Source of the DNA: Acidimicrobiales bacterium
GTDB taxonomy: Bacteria > Actinomycetota > Acidimicrobiia > Acidimicrobiales > VFJN01
Assembly: GCA_035303865.1 (NCBI GenBank)
Contig: DATGRC010000302.1
Location: 1 to 48,864, forward strand
DNA: 48,864 bases
Reading direction: 5' to 3'
A program made the position numbers and the translations under genes. Below the pieces are notes generated by a model. The model had not been told where the DNA came from. It did no database searches and was given only the letters and a program-made list of their open reading frames with translations. Of this stretch, positions 17,755 through 26,284 are shown in pieces; position 1 is the stretch's first letter; each line of letters opens with the position of its first letter.

Positions 17755-19113
17755 TCAGGTGCCGGAGAGGGTCACGTCGGGGATGACGAGGGTGACGCCG
17801 CCGGTGCCGTCGGGCAGCCACTCGAGGTCGGCGCCCACGGCGGCGATGTCGAGCAGCAGCCGCTGCAGCGTGGAGGCCACGGTGGCCTCGCGGATCGGCT
17901 CGGCCAGCGCTCCGTCGCGCACCATGAGGCCCTCCACCCCCACCGAGAAGTCGCCCGACACCGGGTTCACGCCCGAGTGCAGGCCCGCCATCGACGTGAC
18001 GAGGAGGCCCCGGTCGACGGTGGCGAGCAGCTCCTCGTGGCTGCCCTGCCCGGGGGCGACGGCCAGCGCGGTGGCCGCCACCCCAGGGGTGGAGGACACG
18101 CCCCGGGCGGCGGACCCGGTGGAGGCGGTGCCGGACCGGCGACCGGTGTAGGTGTTCTGCAGGAACCCCTGCAGGACGCCGTCGCGCACGAGCTCGTTGC
18201 GGCGGCGGGCCAGGCCCTCGCCGTCGTAGGTGTCGGCGCCGAGGCTGCGGGGGTCGGTGGGGTCGTCCACGAAGGTGAGCAGCGGCGACGCGATCGCCTC
18301 CCCCACCCGGTCGCGGAAGGGGGATCGGCCCTTGAGGACGGCCTCGCCGTTCAGCATCCCGCCGACGAGCCCGAGCACGGTGGCGGTCATCCGCGGCTCG
18401 AGCACGAGCGTGACCCGCTGGGTGGCCGGCTTGGCGGCGCCGAGCAGGCGGGTGGCCCGCAGCACCGCGTCGTCGGCCGCCTCGTCGACGGACAGGTCCT
18501 CGAGCTCGCGCCCCACCGACAGGCCGCCGGCGATCTGGGTCTCCCCGTCCTGGGTGGCGAGGGCCTGGACCATGAGGTAGCTGGTGCCGGCCCGGTCCCA
18601 CACCCGGATGCCGGTGCTGGTGGCCACGGCGGCCTCGCCGAGGCCGTCGCTGTACATGGCGACGCGGACGCCCTGGACGCGCGGGTCCCGCCCGGTGGTG
18701 GCTCGCTCGAGGTCGAGGGCGAGGGCCACCTTGTCGGCGGTGGGCACCTCGGGCAGGCCCTTGGGCCACAGGTCGAGCTCGGCGGGGGCCACGCCGTCGG
18801 GCTCGGCCAGGCCGTTGAACTCGTCGGGCTCGGCGTAGCGGGCGTTGTCCCGAGCCTCCTCGAGCGCCTCCTGCACGGTGGCCTCGTCGAGCGTCCCCGC
18901 GTAGGCGAAGCCCTCCCGGTGGTCGACGACCACCCGGACCCCCACCCCGGAGGTGGAGGCCTGGGTGAGCGACTCGACCTCGCCGCCGTAGGCCCGGACC
19001 GACGTGCTCGTGCTGCGGGCCACGAACGCCTCGACCTGCTCCCCGGGGCGGGCCTGGTCGGCCACCCGGGTGGCGAGGGCGAGGAGGTCGGGCTCGGTGG
19101 GCGCGCTCGCCAT
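17755..19113 (-). CDS. pmbA: PmbA/TldE-family metalloprotease partner subunit
   Basis: Taken from ATG 19113 (MASAPTEPDLLAL...) within track ORF 17755..19764. Sequence reads ...GVGVRVV.....GFAY...DGEG..RRRN.LV.DGVL.GFL......R....STG.A.R...PGV..TAL...G...SGDFS.G..G. The start overlaps the tldD stop by 1 nt (TGATG). Confidence 0.85.
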   Translation of the reverse strand: MASAPTEPDLLALATRVADQARPGEQVEAFVARSTSTSVRAYGGEVESLTQASTSGVGVRVVVDHREGFAYAGTLDEATVQEALEEARDNARYAEPDEFNGLAEPDGVAPAELDLWPKGLPEVPTADKVALALDLERATTGRDPRVQGVRVAMYSDGLGEAAVATSTGIRVWDRAGTSYLMVQALATQDGETQIAGGLSVGRELEDLSVDEAADDAVLRATRLLGAAKPATQRVTLVLEPRMTATVLGLVGGMLNGEAVLKGRSPFRDRVGEAIASPLLTFVDDPTDPRSLGADTYDGEGLARRRNELVRDGVLQGFLQNTYTGRRSGTASTGSAARGVSSTPGVAATALAVAPGQGSHEELLATVDRGLLVTSMAGLHSGVNPVSGDFSVGVEGLMVRDGALAEPIREATVASTLQRLLLDIAAVGADLEWLPDGTGGVTLVIPDVTLSGT

Positions 19114-20501
19114 CAGGCGGTGCCGCCGACGGTGAGGGCCGGGACCCGCAGCGTGGGGACGCCGTCGCCGACCGGCACGCCCTGGCCGTCCTTGCCGCAC
19201 ATGCCGGGGCTGCCCATGGCGAAGTCGTGGCCGACGGCGTCGATCGAGGCGAGCACCTCGGGGCCGTTGCCGATCAGGTTGCCCTCGCGGATCGGCTCGG
19301 TGATGCGGCCGTCCTCGATGAGGTACGCCTCGGTCATCCCGAACACGAAGTCCCCGGTGGCGGTGTTGACCTGACCGCCCCCCAGGTGGGCCACGTACAC
19401 GCCCTTGGGGGTGGAGGCGATGATGTCCTCGGGGTCGTCGGGGCCGGCCAGCACGTAGGTGTTGGTCATCCGCACCATCGGGAGGTGCTTGTAGCTCTGG
19501 CGGCGGCCGTTGCCGGAGCGGGGGCGGCCCTCCTTGCGGGCTCGGAGCAGGTCCCACATGTAGTCGGTGAGGATGCCGTCTTGGATGAGGACGTTGCGCT
19601 GCGCGACGGACCCCTCGTCGTCGACCGCGAAGGCCCCCCACTCCTCGGCCATCGTGCCGTCGTCGACGAGCGTGATGCGCGGGTCGGCCACCCGCTCGCC
19701 GATCCGGCCGGCGAACACCGAGGCGCCCTTGGCCACGAGGTCGGCCTCGAGGCCGTGCCCGCACGCCTCGTGGAAGAGGACGCCGCCGCCGCCGGGGCCG
19801 ATGACGACCGGCATCGTGCCGGAGGGGGCGGGGCGGGCCGACAGCTTGAGGAGGGCCCGCTCGGCGGCCTCCCGGCCGATCTGGTCGACGTCGTAACGGT
19901 CGAACAGCTCGAAGCCGACGGTGCGGCCGAGCGACTGGTAGCCCGTCTGCATCCCGGTGTCGCCGGTGGCCACGGCCATGACCGACAGCAGGGTGCGGAC
20001 CTGGTCGTCCTCGGTGAGCAGCCCGTCGCTGTTGGCGACGAGGATGCGGCGCCGGCTGTCGCCGTAGCGGGCGGTGACCTGGGAGATGGCGCCGCCGGCG
20101 CCGCGGGCGGCGGCGTCGGCCCGGCGCAGGAGCTCGACCTTCTCGCCCTTGCCGACGGTCTCGGGCAGCACCGCCACCTCGTGCGGGCGGGGGGCGTGCT
20201 GGCGCTCGAGCGCCACCTCCTTGACGCCGCCACCGCCGGAGCGGGCGGCGGCGGCCGCGGCCTCGGCGGCCTCGAGGAGACCGGCCGGGGTCAGGTCGGC
20301 CGTGTGGGCGAAGCCGGTGGTGTCGCCCACGATCACCCGGATCCCGGCGCCCCGATCCCGGCCGGAGGTGAGGTGCTCGACCTTGCCGTCGTCGAGCACG
20401 GCGTTGGAGGAGGCTCGGTCCTCCACGAAGATCTCGGCCAGGTCACCCCCGGTGCGCAGGGCGGCGGCGAGGGTGCGTTGGATCAGATCCTGGTCGAGCA
20501 C
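19113..20501 (-). CDS. tldD: TldD-family zinc metalloprotease
   Basis: Start taken at GTG 20501 (AAGGAG upstream). It has an HExxxH motif in VLFHEACGHGLEAD, and ...GNGRRQSYKHLPMVRMTNTY...GGQVN..TGDF.F. Confidence 0.85.
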   Translation of the reverse strand: MLDQDLIQRTLAAALRTGGDLAEIFVEDRASSNAVLDDGKVEHLTSGRDRGAGIRVIVGDTTGFAHTADLTPAGLLEAAEAAAAAARSGGGGVKEVALERQHAPRPHEVAVLPETVGKGEKVELLRRADAAARGAGGAISQVTARYGDSRRRILVANSDGLLTEDDQVRTLLSVMAVATGDTGMQTGYQSLGRTVGFELFDRYDVDQIGREAAERALLKLSARPAPSGTMPVVIGPGGGGVLFHEACGHGLEADLVAKGASVFAGRIGERVADPRITLVDDGTMAEEWGAFAVDDEGSVAQRNVLIQDGILTDYMWDLLRARKEGRPRSGNGRRQSYKHLPMVRMTNTYVLAGPDDPEDIIASTPKGVYVAHLGGGQVNTATGDFVFGMTEAYLIEDGRITEPIREGNLIGNGPEVLASIDAVGHDFAMGSPGMCGKDGQGVPVGDGVPTLRVPALTVGGTA

Positions 20502-20568
20502 ACGACTCCTTCGAGCAGGCAGGGGGCAGGCGTCCCGACGCCTTTGACCCGGCGGCGAGGGTGGCGAA

Positions 20569-20574
20569 TATGGT
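20569..20574 (+). promoter_or_regulatory. -10 hexamer TATGGT 6 nt upstream of the GTG at 20581 (leaderless-type); TTGACC at 20544-20549 as a possible -35
   Basis: The geometry is TANNNT-N6-GTG with no SD. The TTGACC to -10 spacing is 19 nt, which is longer than ideal. Confidence 0.35.
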
Positions 20575-20580
20575 ACCCGG

Positions 20581-20958
20581 GTGCCTCTGTCCCCCGGCCT
20601 GCACGCCACCGTGAAGCTCGTGGTGTCCGACGCCGACACGGCTGTCGCCCACCGCTCTGGCGAGGTGCCGGTGCTGGCCACGCCTCGCCTGATCGCGCTG
20701 TGCGAGGAGGCGGCCCACGCCGCCGTGGCGCCCGAGATCCCCGAGGGTCAGACCACCGTCGGGATGCGGGTGCAGATCGACCACCTCCACCCCACCAACG
20801 TGGGGTCCACGGTGGCGGCCGAGGCCACGCTCGAGAAGGTCGAGGGCCGGCGCCTCGTGTTCACGGTCACCGTGGAGGACCACGGCGGGCTCGTGGCGGC
20901 CGGGAAGGTCACCCGCGTCATCGTCGACACCGATCAGTTCCTCGAGAAGGCCCGCTGA
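20581..20958 (+). CDS. Hotdog-fold thioesterase (fluoroacetyl-CoA thioesterase FlK-like family)
   Basis: 125 aa. Sequence reads SGEVPVLATPRLIALCEEAA...TTVGMRVQIDHLHPT.VG..V.A.A.L..VEGRRLVF.V...D.. Confidence 0.7.
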   Translation: MPLSPGLHATVKLVVSDADTAVAHRSGEVPVLATPRLIALCEEAAHAAVAPEIPEGQTTVGMRVQIDHLHPTNVGSTVAAEATLEKVEGRRLVFTVTVEDHGGLVAAGKVTRVIVDTDQFLEKAR

Positions 20959-20961
20959 GGG

Positions 20962-20982
20962 GCCGCCCCGGGGAGGGGCGGC
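20962..20982. terminator. Hairpin GCCGCCCC-gggga-GGGGCGGC filling the 24-nt convergent gap
   Basis: 8-bp perfect GC stem. It lies between the stop at 20958 (+) and the stop at 20983 (-). Confidence 0.5.
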
Positions 20983-21831
20983 TCAGCCGAGCCCGTCGAG
21001 GAAGTCCGTGAGCGCCCGCCACCAGGCCTCGGGCGCCTCGAACTGCGGCGAGTGGGCGCCGCCGGGGATGACGGCCAGCGTGGCGTTCGGGATGGCGGCG
21101 GCGATCCGCTCGGAGGCCCGCCGGAACGGCGCGTCGTGCTCGCCGACGATGACGAGGGTGGGCACGGCGATCGCGCCCAGCTCGGCCAGGCGGTCGAGCT
21201 CCTCGGAGCGGTCGGTGATCTGCCGCAGCATCGACGCGTACATGTGGGGCGACGAGGCGAGCATCTTGCGCTCCCCGAACGCCTTGTAGTCGGGGCGCTC
21301 GGCTTCGAGGCGGGCCGCGATCTCGTTGGCCAGCGGGTTGGCGTCCCGGGCCATCTCCTGGGCGGCGAGCACGGCGGCCATCCCCTCGCTGCGGGCCAGC
21401 GCGGCCGCCAGCTCGACGACGCCGGGGTCGGCCTTCACGGCCCGGTGCGAGGTGTCCATGAGCACGAGCGCCTCAAAGCGCTCGGGCGCCGCCAGCGCGG
21501 CGGTCTGGACGACCATCCCGCCCATCGAGTGCCCGAGGGCCACCGCGGCGCGCCACCCGAGGGCGTCGAGGAGGCCGAGCACCTCTCGGGCGTAGTGCTC
21601 GAAGGAGTACGCCGCCTCGTCCTCGGGCTTGTGGCTCTCGCCGTGGCCCCGCAGGTCGGGGGCGACGGCGTGCCAGCCCCGCTCGGCCAGCGGGTCGAGC
21701 CAGTCGGTGAAGTCCTCCTTGGCGCCGGTGAACCCGTGCACGAGGAGGAGCGGGCGCTGGCCCACGCCCGCCTCGGCGATGGCCAGCTCCTCGACGCCGA
21801 GGGCGTCGACGGTGATGCGGCGGTGCTCCAT
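20983..21831 (-). CDS. Alpha/beta hydrolase
   Basis: 282 aa. Sequence reads LLLVHGFTGAKEDF...DLRGHGES...ALGHSMGGMV (GxSxG)...PGGAHSPQFE. Confidence 0.8.
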   Translation of the reverse strand: MEHRRITVDALGVEELAIAEAGVGQRPLLLVHGFTGAKEDFTDWLDPLAERGWHAVAPDLRGHGESHKPEDEAAYSFEHYAREVLGLLDALGWRAAVALGHSMGGMVVQTAALAAPERFEALVLMDTSHRAVKADPGVVELAAALARSEGMAAVLAAQEMARDANPLANEIAARLEAERPDYKAFGERKMLASSPHMYASMLRQITDRSEELDRLAELGAIAVPTLVIVGEHDAPFRRASERIAAAIPNATLAVIPGGAHSPQFEAPEAWWRALTDFLDGLG

Positions 21832-21883
21832 GGGCGCCGGACGGTAGCCGGGCCGGCAGCCCAGCGGCCGCCGGCCCGTCGGG

Positions 21884-22783
21884 TCAGCCGGTGGGGTCGA
21901 GCCCGAAGGCGCCGGCGCCGCCCATGACGTCCACGAAGGGGGTGACCTCGGACGGGTCGGGCACCTCGATGTCGATGTCGGCGCCGTAGTCGTAGAGCTC
22001 GAACACCATCTCGCCGGCCTCGAGGCCGTCCATGTCCTCGTCGCTCAGGGCGTCGCCGGCCATCTCGAGGAGGTCGAGCGACAGCCGGTACACGAGGCCG
22101 TCGTCGGCGATCCACACGTCGAGGGGCATGTCGGTGATGCCGAGCTCCGCCATCTCCTGCCGGTACGAGGCGCGGGCGTCCTCGGGCATCGCCTCGACCG
22201 CCTTGTCGAGGTCGATCACGACCCGGTAGCGGGTGGTGTCGACGCCGCGGACCGTCTCCTCGCCCACCCGCTCGAACTCGTCGGACACGCCCCGCAGCGC
22301 GGAGAGGATCTTGGTGGGGTCGTTGGTGCCCATGCTGAGGTCGAGCAGGTCGGTGTCGCCGCCGAAGTCCTCGGGGCTGACCGACAGCCAGCCGTCGGTG
22401 CCGGTGAGCATGGCCAGCATCGGGGCCTTGATGTAGGTGGTGGTGCCGTCGAGCACGTAGGTCATCGGCTCGTCCATGCCCGGCATCGCGGGGACCTCGC
22501 CCTCGATGGCCTCGAACATGGCGGCGAAGTCCATCGTGAGCATGAGGCGATCGTCGGCGTAGGCGCCGTCGGCCCGGATGACGATCTCCTCGCCCTCGAC
22601 GGTCATCGTCATCGTCATCGCGAGCCGGGCGGTGCCGGCCTCGGCGACGGCGTCGGGGGCGGCCTGCAGCCGAGCCAGGGCCTCCGCGCCGCCGGTGGCC
22701 TCGACGGTGCGGTCGTCGTCGCCGCAGGCAGCGACGACGAGGAGCGGGGCGACCAGGGCCGCGGCCAGACGGGGTGCTCGCAA
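21884..22783 (-). CDS. Secreted lipoprotein, LolA/LppX-LprAFG-like (putative lipid-binding)
   Basis: TTG start at 22783 with GGAGG 7 nt upstream. The signal plus lipobox is RAPRLAAALVAPLLVVAAC|GDDD. The mature part (…ARLAMTMTMTVEGEE…VDTTRYRVVIDLDKA…) resembles LprG-type lipoproteins. The family assignment is tentative. Confidence 0.6.
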   Translation of the reverse strand: MRAPRLAAALVAPLLVVAACGDDDRTVEATGGAEALARLQAAPDAVAEAGTARLAMTMTMTVEGEEIVIRADGAYADDRLMLTMDFAAMFEAIEGEVPAMPGMDEPMTYVLDGTTTYIKAPMLAMLTGTDGWLSVSPEDFGGDTDLLDLSMGTNDPTKILSALRGVSDEFERVGEETVRGVDTTRYRVVIDLDKAVEAMPEDARASYRQEMAELGITDMPLDVWIADDGLVYRLSLDLLEMAGDALSDEDMDGLEAGEMVFELYDYGADIDIEVPDPSEVTPFVDVMGGAGAFGLDPTG

Positions 22784-22949
22784 CGGGGGACCTCCACAGC
22801 GATCGGTTCGGGTGCTGGTGGGGTCCGCCCGAACCCCGACAGGCACGGTAACGCGCGCGGCACCCGTGCCGACAGGCGCGATCTCGGACGGTGGCTGCGG
22901 GGCGCGGGGGCGTACGATGAGGTCTCGGCCGACCAGAACGAGGGGGCAG

Positions 22950-23933
22950 GTGAACCGCAAGCAAGCCGTGTCGCTGGCCCTGCGCATCGCGCTCAGCGCC
23001 GCGATGCTGGCCGTGCTCGTGTGGCGGGTGCCCGACTTCGAGCTGGACGAGGTGGTCCCCGAGCTCACCGCCCGCACCACGGGGTGGCTGGTCCTGGCCG
23101 CGGCCCTCACGCTCCTCGGGCTGGTCCTCTCCGCGCTGCGCTGGCAGCGAGTGCTCGGGGTCATGGGCCTGGACGCGCGGCTGCGCCGGCTGCTCTCCCA
23201 CTACCTGGCCGGCCAGTTCGTGTCGAACGTGCTGCCCACCACGATCGGCGGCGACGTGCTGCGGGTGACCCGGCTGGCCCGGGAGACGGGCGAGTCGCCG
23301 CGGACCTTCGCGTCGGTGGTGCTGGAGCGCCTCACCGGGTGGCTCGTGCTGCCGGTGATCAGCGTGGCCGGCTTCCTCGTGAACCCGCCGCTGGCCGACC
23401 TGGGCACCGCCAGCAACGTGGCGCTCGGCCTGGCCTTCGCCACCCTGCTGGCCCTCGGGATCCTGCTCTACGCCGTGGCCGACCAGCGCATCGGCGGCCG
23501 GTTCGAGGCCAAGGAGGGCTGGCGGCGCTTCGCCGGCGCCGTCCACCTCGGGGTCGACCGGCTGCGCCACGAGCCCCGCGCCGCGGCCGACGTGCTGCTC
23601 GTGGGCTTCGCGTACCAGATCGTGCTGGTGCTGGCCGCCGTGGCCGCCGCCCAGGCCCTCGGGGTGCGCCCGGCGGGGCTCACCGCCCTGCTCGCGTTCT
23701 TCCCGGCCGTCGCCATCGCCCAGGTGCTGCCGATCGGGATCTCGGGGCTGGGCATCCGGGAGGGCGCGTTCGTGCTGTTCCTCGGTCCGCTCGGCGTGGC
23801 CAGCCAGGACGCCATCGCCCTGGGCCTCCTGCTCTACCTGCTCAACCTGGGCGTGAGCCTGCTCGGCGCGCCCGCCTTCGCCATGGGCGGCCGGGTGCCC
23901 GGCCCGTCCGAGATGGCGGCCGTCGGCCCCTGA
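22950..23933 (+). CDS. Polytopic membrane protein of the lysylphosphatidylglycerol-synthase TM region / flippase-like (UPF0104) family
   Basis: Sequence reads LSALRWQRVL...YLAGQFVSNVLPTTIGGDVLRV...ERLTGWLVL...PIGISGLGIREGAF. The GTG at 22950 has a GAGGGGG RBS. The in-frame ATG at 22917 overlaps a TACGAT -10-like hexamer. Confidence 0.75.
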   Translation: MNRKQAVSLALRIALSAAMLAVLVWRVPDFELDEVVPELTARTTGWLVLAAALTLLGLVLSALRWQRVLGVMGLDARLRRLLSHYLAGQFVSNVLPTTIGGDVLRVTRLARETGESPRTFASVVLERLTGWLVLPVISVAGFLVNPPLADLGTASNVALGLAFATLLALGILLYAVADQRIGGRFEAKEGWRRFAGAVHLGVDRLRHEPRAAADVLLVGFAYQIVLVLAAVAAAQALGVRPAGLTALLAFFPAVAIAQVLPIGISGLGIREGAFVLFLGPLGVASQDAIALGLLLYLLNLGVSLLGAPAFAMGGRVPGPSEMAAVGP

Positions 23934-24004
23934 CGCCCAGGCCCGCTGGCCGGCGCCCGGACCCGGTGCTGCCGACCGCGGGGCCGGGCTGCTATCCCAT
24001 CCCC

Positions 24005-24895
24005 ATGCCCGACGCCGCCACCACGAACGCCCCGGCCCCGCCCGACGGGTCCAGGCGGCCGCTGCGGTGGTGGAAGGAGGTGCTCTTCGGCGCCGCCGTC
24101 TACGCCGTGTACTCGTTCGTCCGCAACCAGTTCGGCTCGGCCGGCGGCGACCCGGGTCCCGCGTACGAGCACGCCCGCCAGATCATCGACCTGCAGGACG
24201 CGATGGGCCTCTACTTCGAGGCAGACCTGCAGCAGTGGTACCTGGACCTGCCGGCCACCGGGCTGATCCGGCTCTGGAACGTCTTCTACGGGGTGGCCCA
24301 CTTCGTCGTGACGTTCGCGGCCCTCGTGTGGCTGTTCCGGCGGGACCCGGGCCGCTACCCGCTGTGGCGGAACACGCTGGCCCTCACGACGTGCCTGGCC
24401 GTCATCGGCTTCGCCGCCTACTCCCTCATGCCGCCCCGCCTGCTCGACGACCCCGGCGAGTACGGGGCCTGCCAGCTGTACGCCCCCGAGGCGGTGGCCG
24501 GCTGGTCACCGGGGGACCCCCACCCGGACGGGTGCGACCGCTACGGGTTCGTGGACACGATCGCCCGCTACGGGGGGTGGATCTCCTTCGGCAACGAGGG
24601 GATGAAGGACGTGTCGAACCAGTACGCGGCGATGCCGAGCATGCACATCGGCTGGTCCACCTGGAGCGCCCTCGTGCTCGTGCCGCTGCTGCGGCGGCGG
24701 TGGGCCCGGATCCTGGCCGGCGCCTACCCCCTGGTCACCCTGGCCTGCATCCTCGTCACCGCCAACCACTACTGGATCGACGGGGTGGGCGGCCTGCTGT
24801 GCCTGGGGGCCGGCTTCGCGCTGGCCCGAGCCGTCACGGGGCGCCGCTGGCTGGACCGGCGCGATCCCGTCCCGGCCGGCGACGCCGTCGGCTGA
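24005..24895 (+). CDS. PAP2-superfamily membrane protein of the AUR1/inositol-phosphotransferase-like subgroup
   Basis: 296 aa, taken from ATG 24005 in track ORF 23021..24895. It has multiple TM segments and catalytic-type motifs AAMPSMHIGWS and TANHYWIDGVGG. Confidence 0.65.
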   Translation: MPDAATTNAPAPPDGSRRPLRWWKEVLFGAAVYAVYSFVRNQFGSAGGDPGPAYEHARQIIDLQDAMGLYFEADLQQWYLDLPATGLIRLWNVFYGVAHFVVTFAALVWLFRRDPGRYPLWRNTLALTTCLAVIGFAAYSLMPPRLLDDPGEYGACQLYAPEAVAGWSPGDPHPDGCDRYGFVDTIARYGGWISFGNEGMKDVSNQYAAMPSMHIGWSTWSALVLVPLLRRRWARILAGAYPLVTLACILVTANHYWIDGVGGLLCLGAGFALARAVTGRRWLDRRDPVPAGDAVG

Positions 24896-24906
24896 GGCCG
24901 GCGCCG

Positions 24907-25116
24907 CTACTCGCCGTCTTCGTTGTCGCCCTCCTGCTGGGCGTCGATCTCCTCTTGGATCTCGTCGCCGATGGAGTCGACGGTGTCGCGCCCGTCCTGG
25001 ATCTCCTCGTCGGTGGTGCCGCCGTCGCCGTCCTCGTCGGAGCAGGCGGCGAGGCCGAGCGAGCCGAGGCCCAGGAGCCCAGCGGTGGTGATCGCAGCGA
25101 TGCGGGTGCGGGTCAT
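24907..25116 (-). CDS. Small, highly acidic lipoprotein
   Basis: 69 aa. The signal plus lipobox is AGLLGLGSLGLAAC|SDEDGDGG. The mature peptide is about 45% Asp/Glu. Confidence 0.5.
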   Translation of the reverse strand: MTRTRIAAITTAGLLGLGSLGLAACSDEDGDGGTTDEEIQDGRDTVDSIGDEIQEEIDAQQEGDNEDGE

Positions 25117-25156
25117 GGCTGGGGGCTACCCCCGAGACGAGCCGGGCAGACGGCGG

Positions 25157-26206
25157 TCAGCCCGCGGCGCCCCAGCGCACGGGGACGCCGTGGTACCCGG
25201 CCCGTCCGAGGAGCTCGTCGCGCCCGCCGGGCCAGAGGGTGAGGCGGACCTCAGCCAGGTCGTCGGTGGCCGGCTCCATCCGCAGCCACGCCAGCGGGGC
25301 GGCGGCGCTGGCCCGCCGGCCCGCGTCGGCGAGGGCGTCGCGCAGGTCCCGTCGCCGGGGCGGCGGGAGGTACTGGAGGACGATCGAGTGCACGACGACG
25401 GTGGCGAGGCCGGGGCGGGGCTCGGCCAGCTGGGCGGCGGTCCAGTCGGCGGCGTCGGCGTGGTCGACCTCCACGGGGACCTCGGCGGCCAGCTCGAGGG
25501 CGGTGCGCAGGCGGGCGAGGCGCACCACCTGGTCGGGCCACACGTAGCTGGCGAGGGTGAGGCGGTCGTCCTCGGAGGTCGGGTCGAGGGGGTTGCGGTC
25601 GCAGCCCCGGCGCTCGGCCACCGCCACCGGCCCGGACAGGTCGGGCGCCGGGTCCCACACGTCGGCGAAGCGCAGCGGGCTGGCCGGGTCGCCGAGCACG
25701 TGGCGACCGGTGTCGTAGCAGTACCGGTCGAAGCGCAGGTTCAGCCCGGCCGAGGCGCCGAGCTCGAGGACCCGCAGCGGCAAGCCGGTGCGGCGGGCCA
25801 CCTCGGCGTAGCCGCCGACGAGCGCCGCCGAGCGGCCCACCTCGTTCGTCTGCACGCCGTCGGCCAGGCGGTGGCGGACCTCGTCTTCGTGGTCGGCCAC
25901 CGTGGCCAGGAACGCCGCGACCGGGTCCCCGGCGGACGGGTCGCCGCCGGTCGAGGGGTAGAGGGCGGCCAGCGCCGGGGCCCGGCCCTCCAGCGCGATC
26001 CGGTGGACGGCGCCGAGGAAGCGCAGCGCGAGCGCGGAGCCGTACGGGTCGACGTGGTGGTCGTCGAGCACCCGGGCGCAGACCCCGCCGGCCCGGACGT
26101 CGGCCAGGGCGCCGAGCAGGATGCGCTCGTAGAGGGAGGAGCCCACGATCCGGCAGGCCGTCGCCTGGTAGGCGAGGACGTCGGCGACCTCCTCCACGTC
26201 GATCAC
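25157..26206 (-). CDS. DUF2332-family protein
   Basis: This is the last 349 codons of track ORF 25157..28060, starting at GTG 26206. Sequence reads ...ACRIVGSSLYERIL...VLELGASAGLNLRFDRY...VVHSIVLQYLP, as remembered for DUF2332. Confidence 0.6.
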   Translation of the reverse strand: MIDVEEVADVLAYQATACRIVGSSLYERILLGALADVRAGGVCARVLDDHHVDPYGSALALRFLGAVHRIALEGRAPALAALYPSTGGDPSAGDPVAAFLATVADHEDEVRHRLADGVQTNEVGRSAALVGGYAEVARRTGLPLRVLELGASAGLNLRFDRYCYDTGRHVLGDPASPLRFADVWDPAPDLSGPVAVAERRGCDRNPLDPTSEDDRLTLASYVWPDQVVRLARLRTALELAAEVPVEVDHADAADWTAAQLAEPRPGLATVVVHSIVLQYLPPPRRRDLRDALADAGRRASAAAPLAWLRMEPATDDLAEVRLTLWPGGRDELLGRAGYHGVPVRWGAAG

Positions 26207-26284
26207 CGGCGCACGGTACCCCGAGGCCACCGAGCGCAGCGGCGGACCGCCGTACGTGCTCCTCGGGTGCTGCCAGAGGTACCG

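Noticed and set aside
24907-25116. The small acidic ORF as a bacteriocin/RiPP precursor linked to TldD/PmbA
   Set aside because: It has a standard lipoprotein signal with a lipobox Cys. It lies more than 4 kb from tldD/pmbA with unrelated genes between, and there are no modification enzymes nearby.
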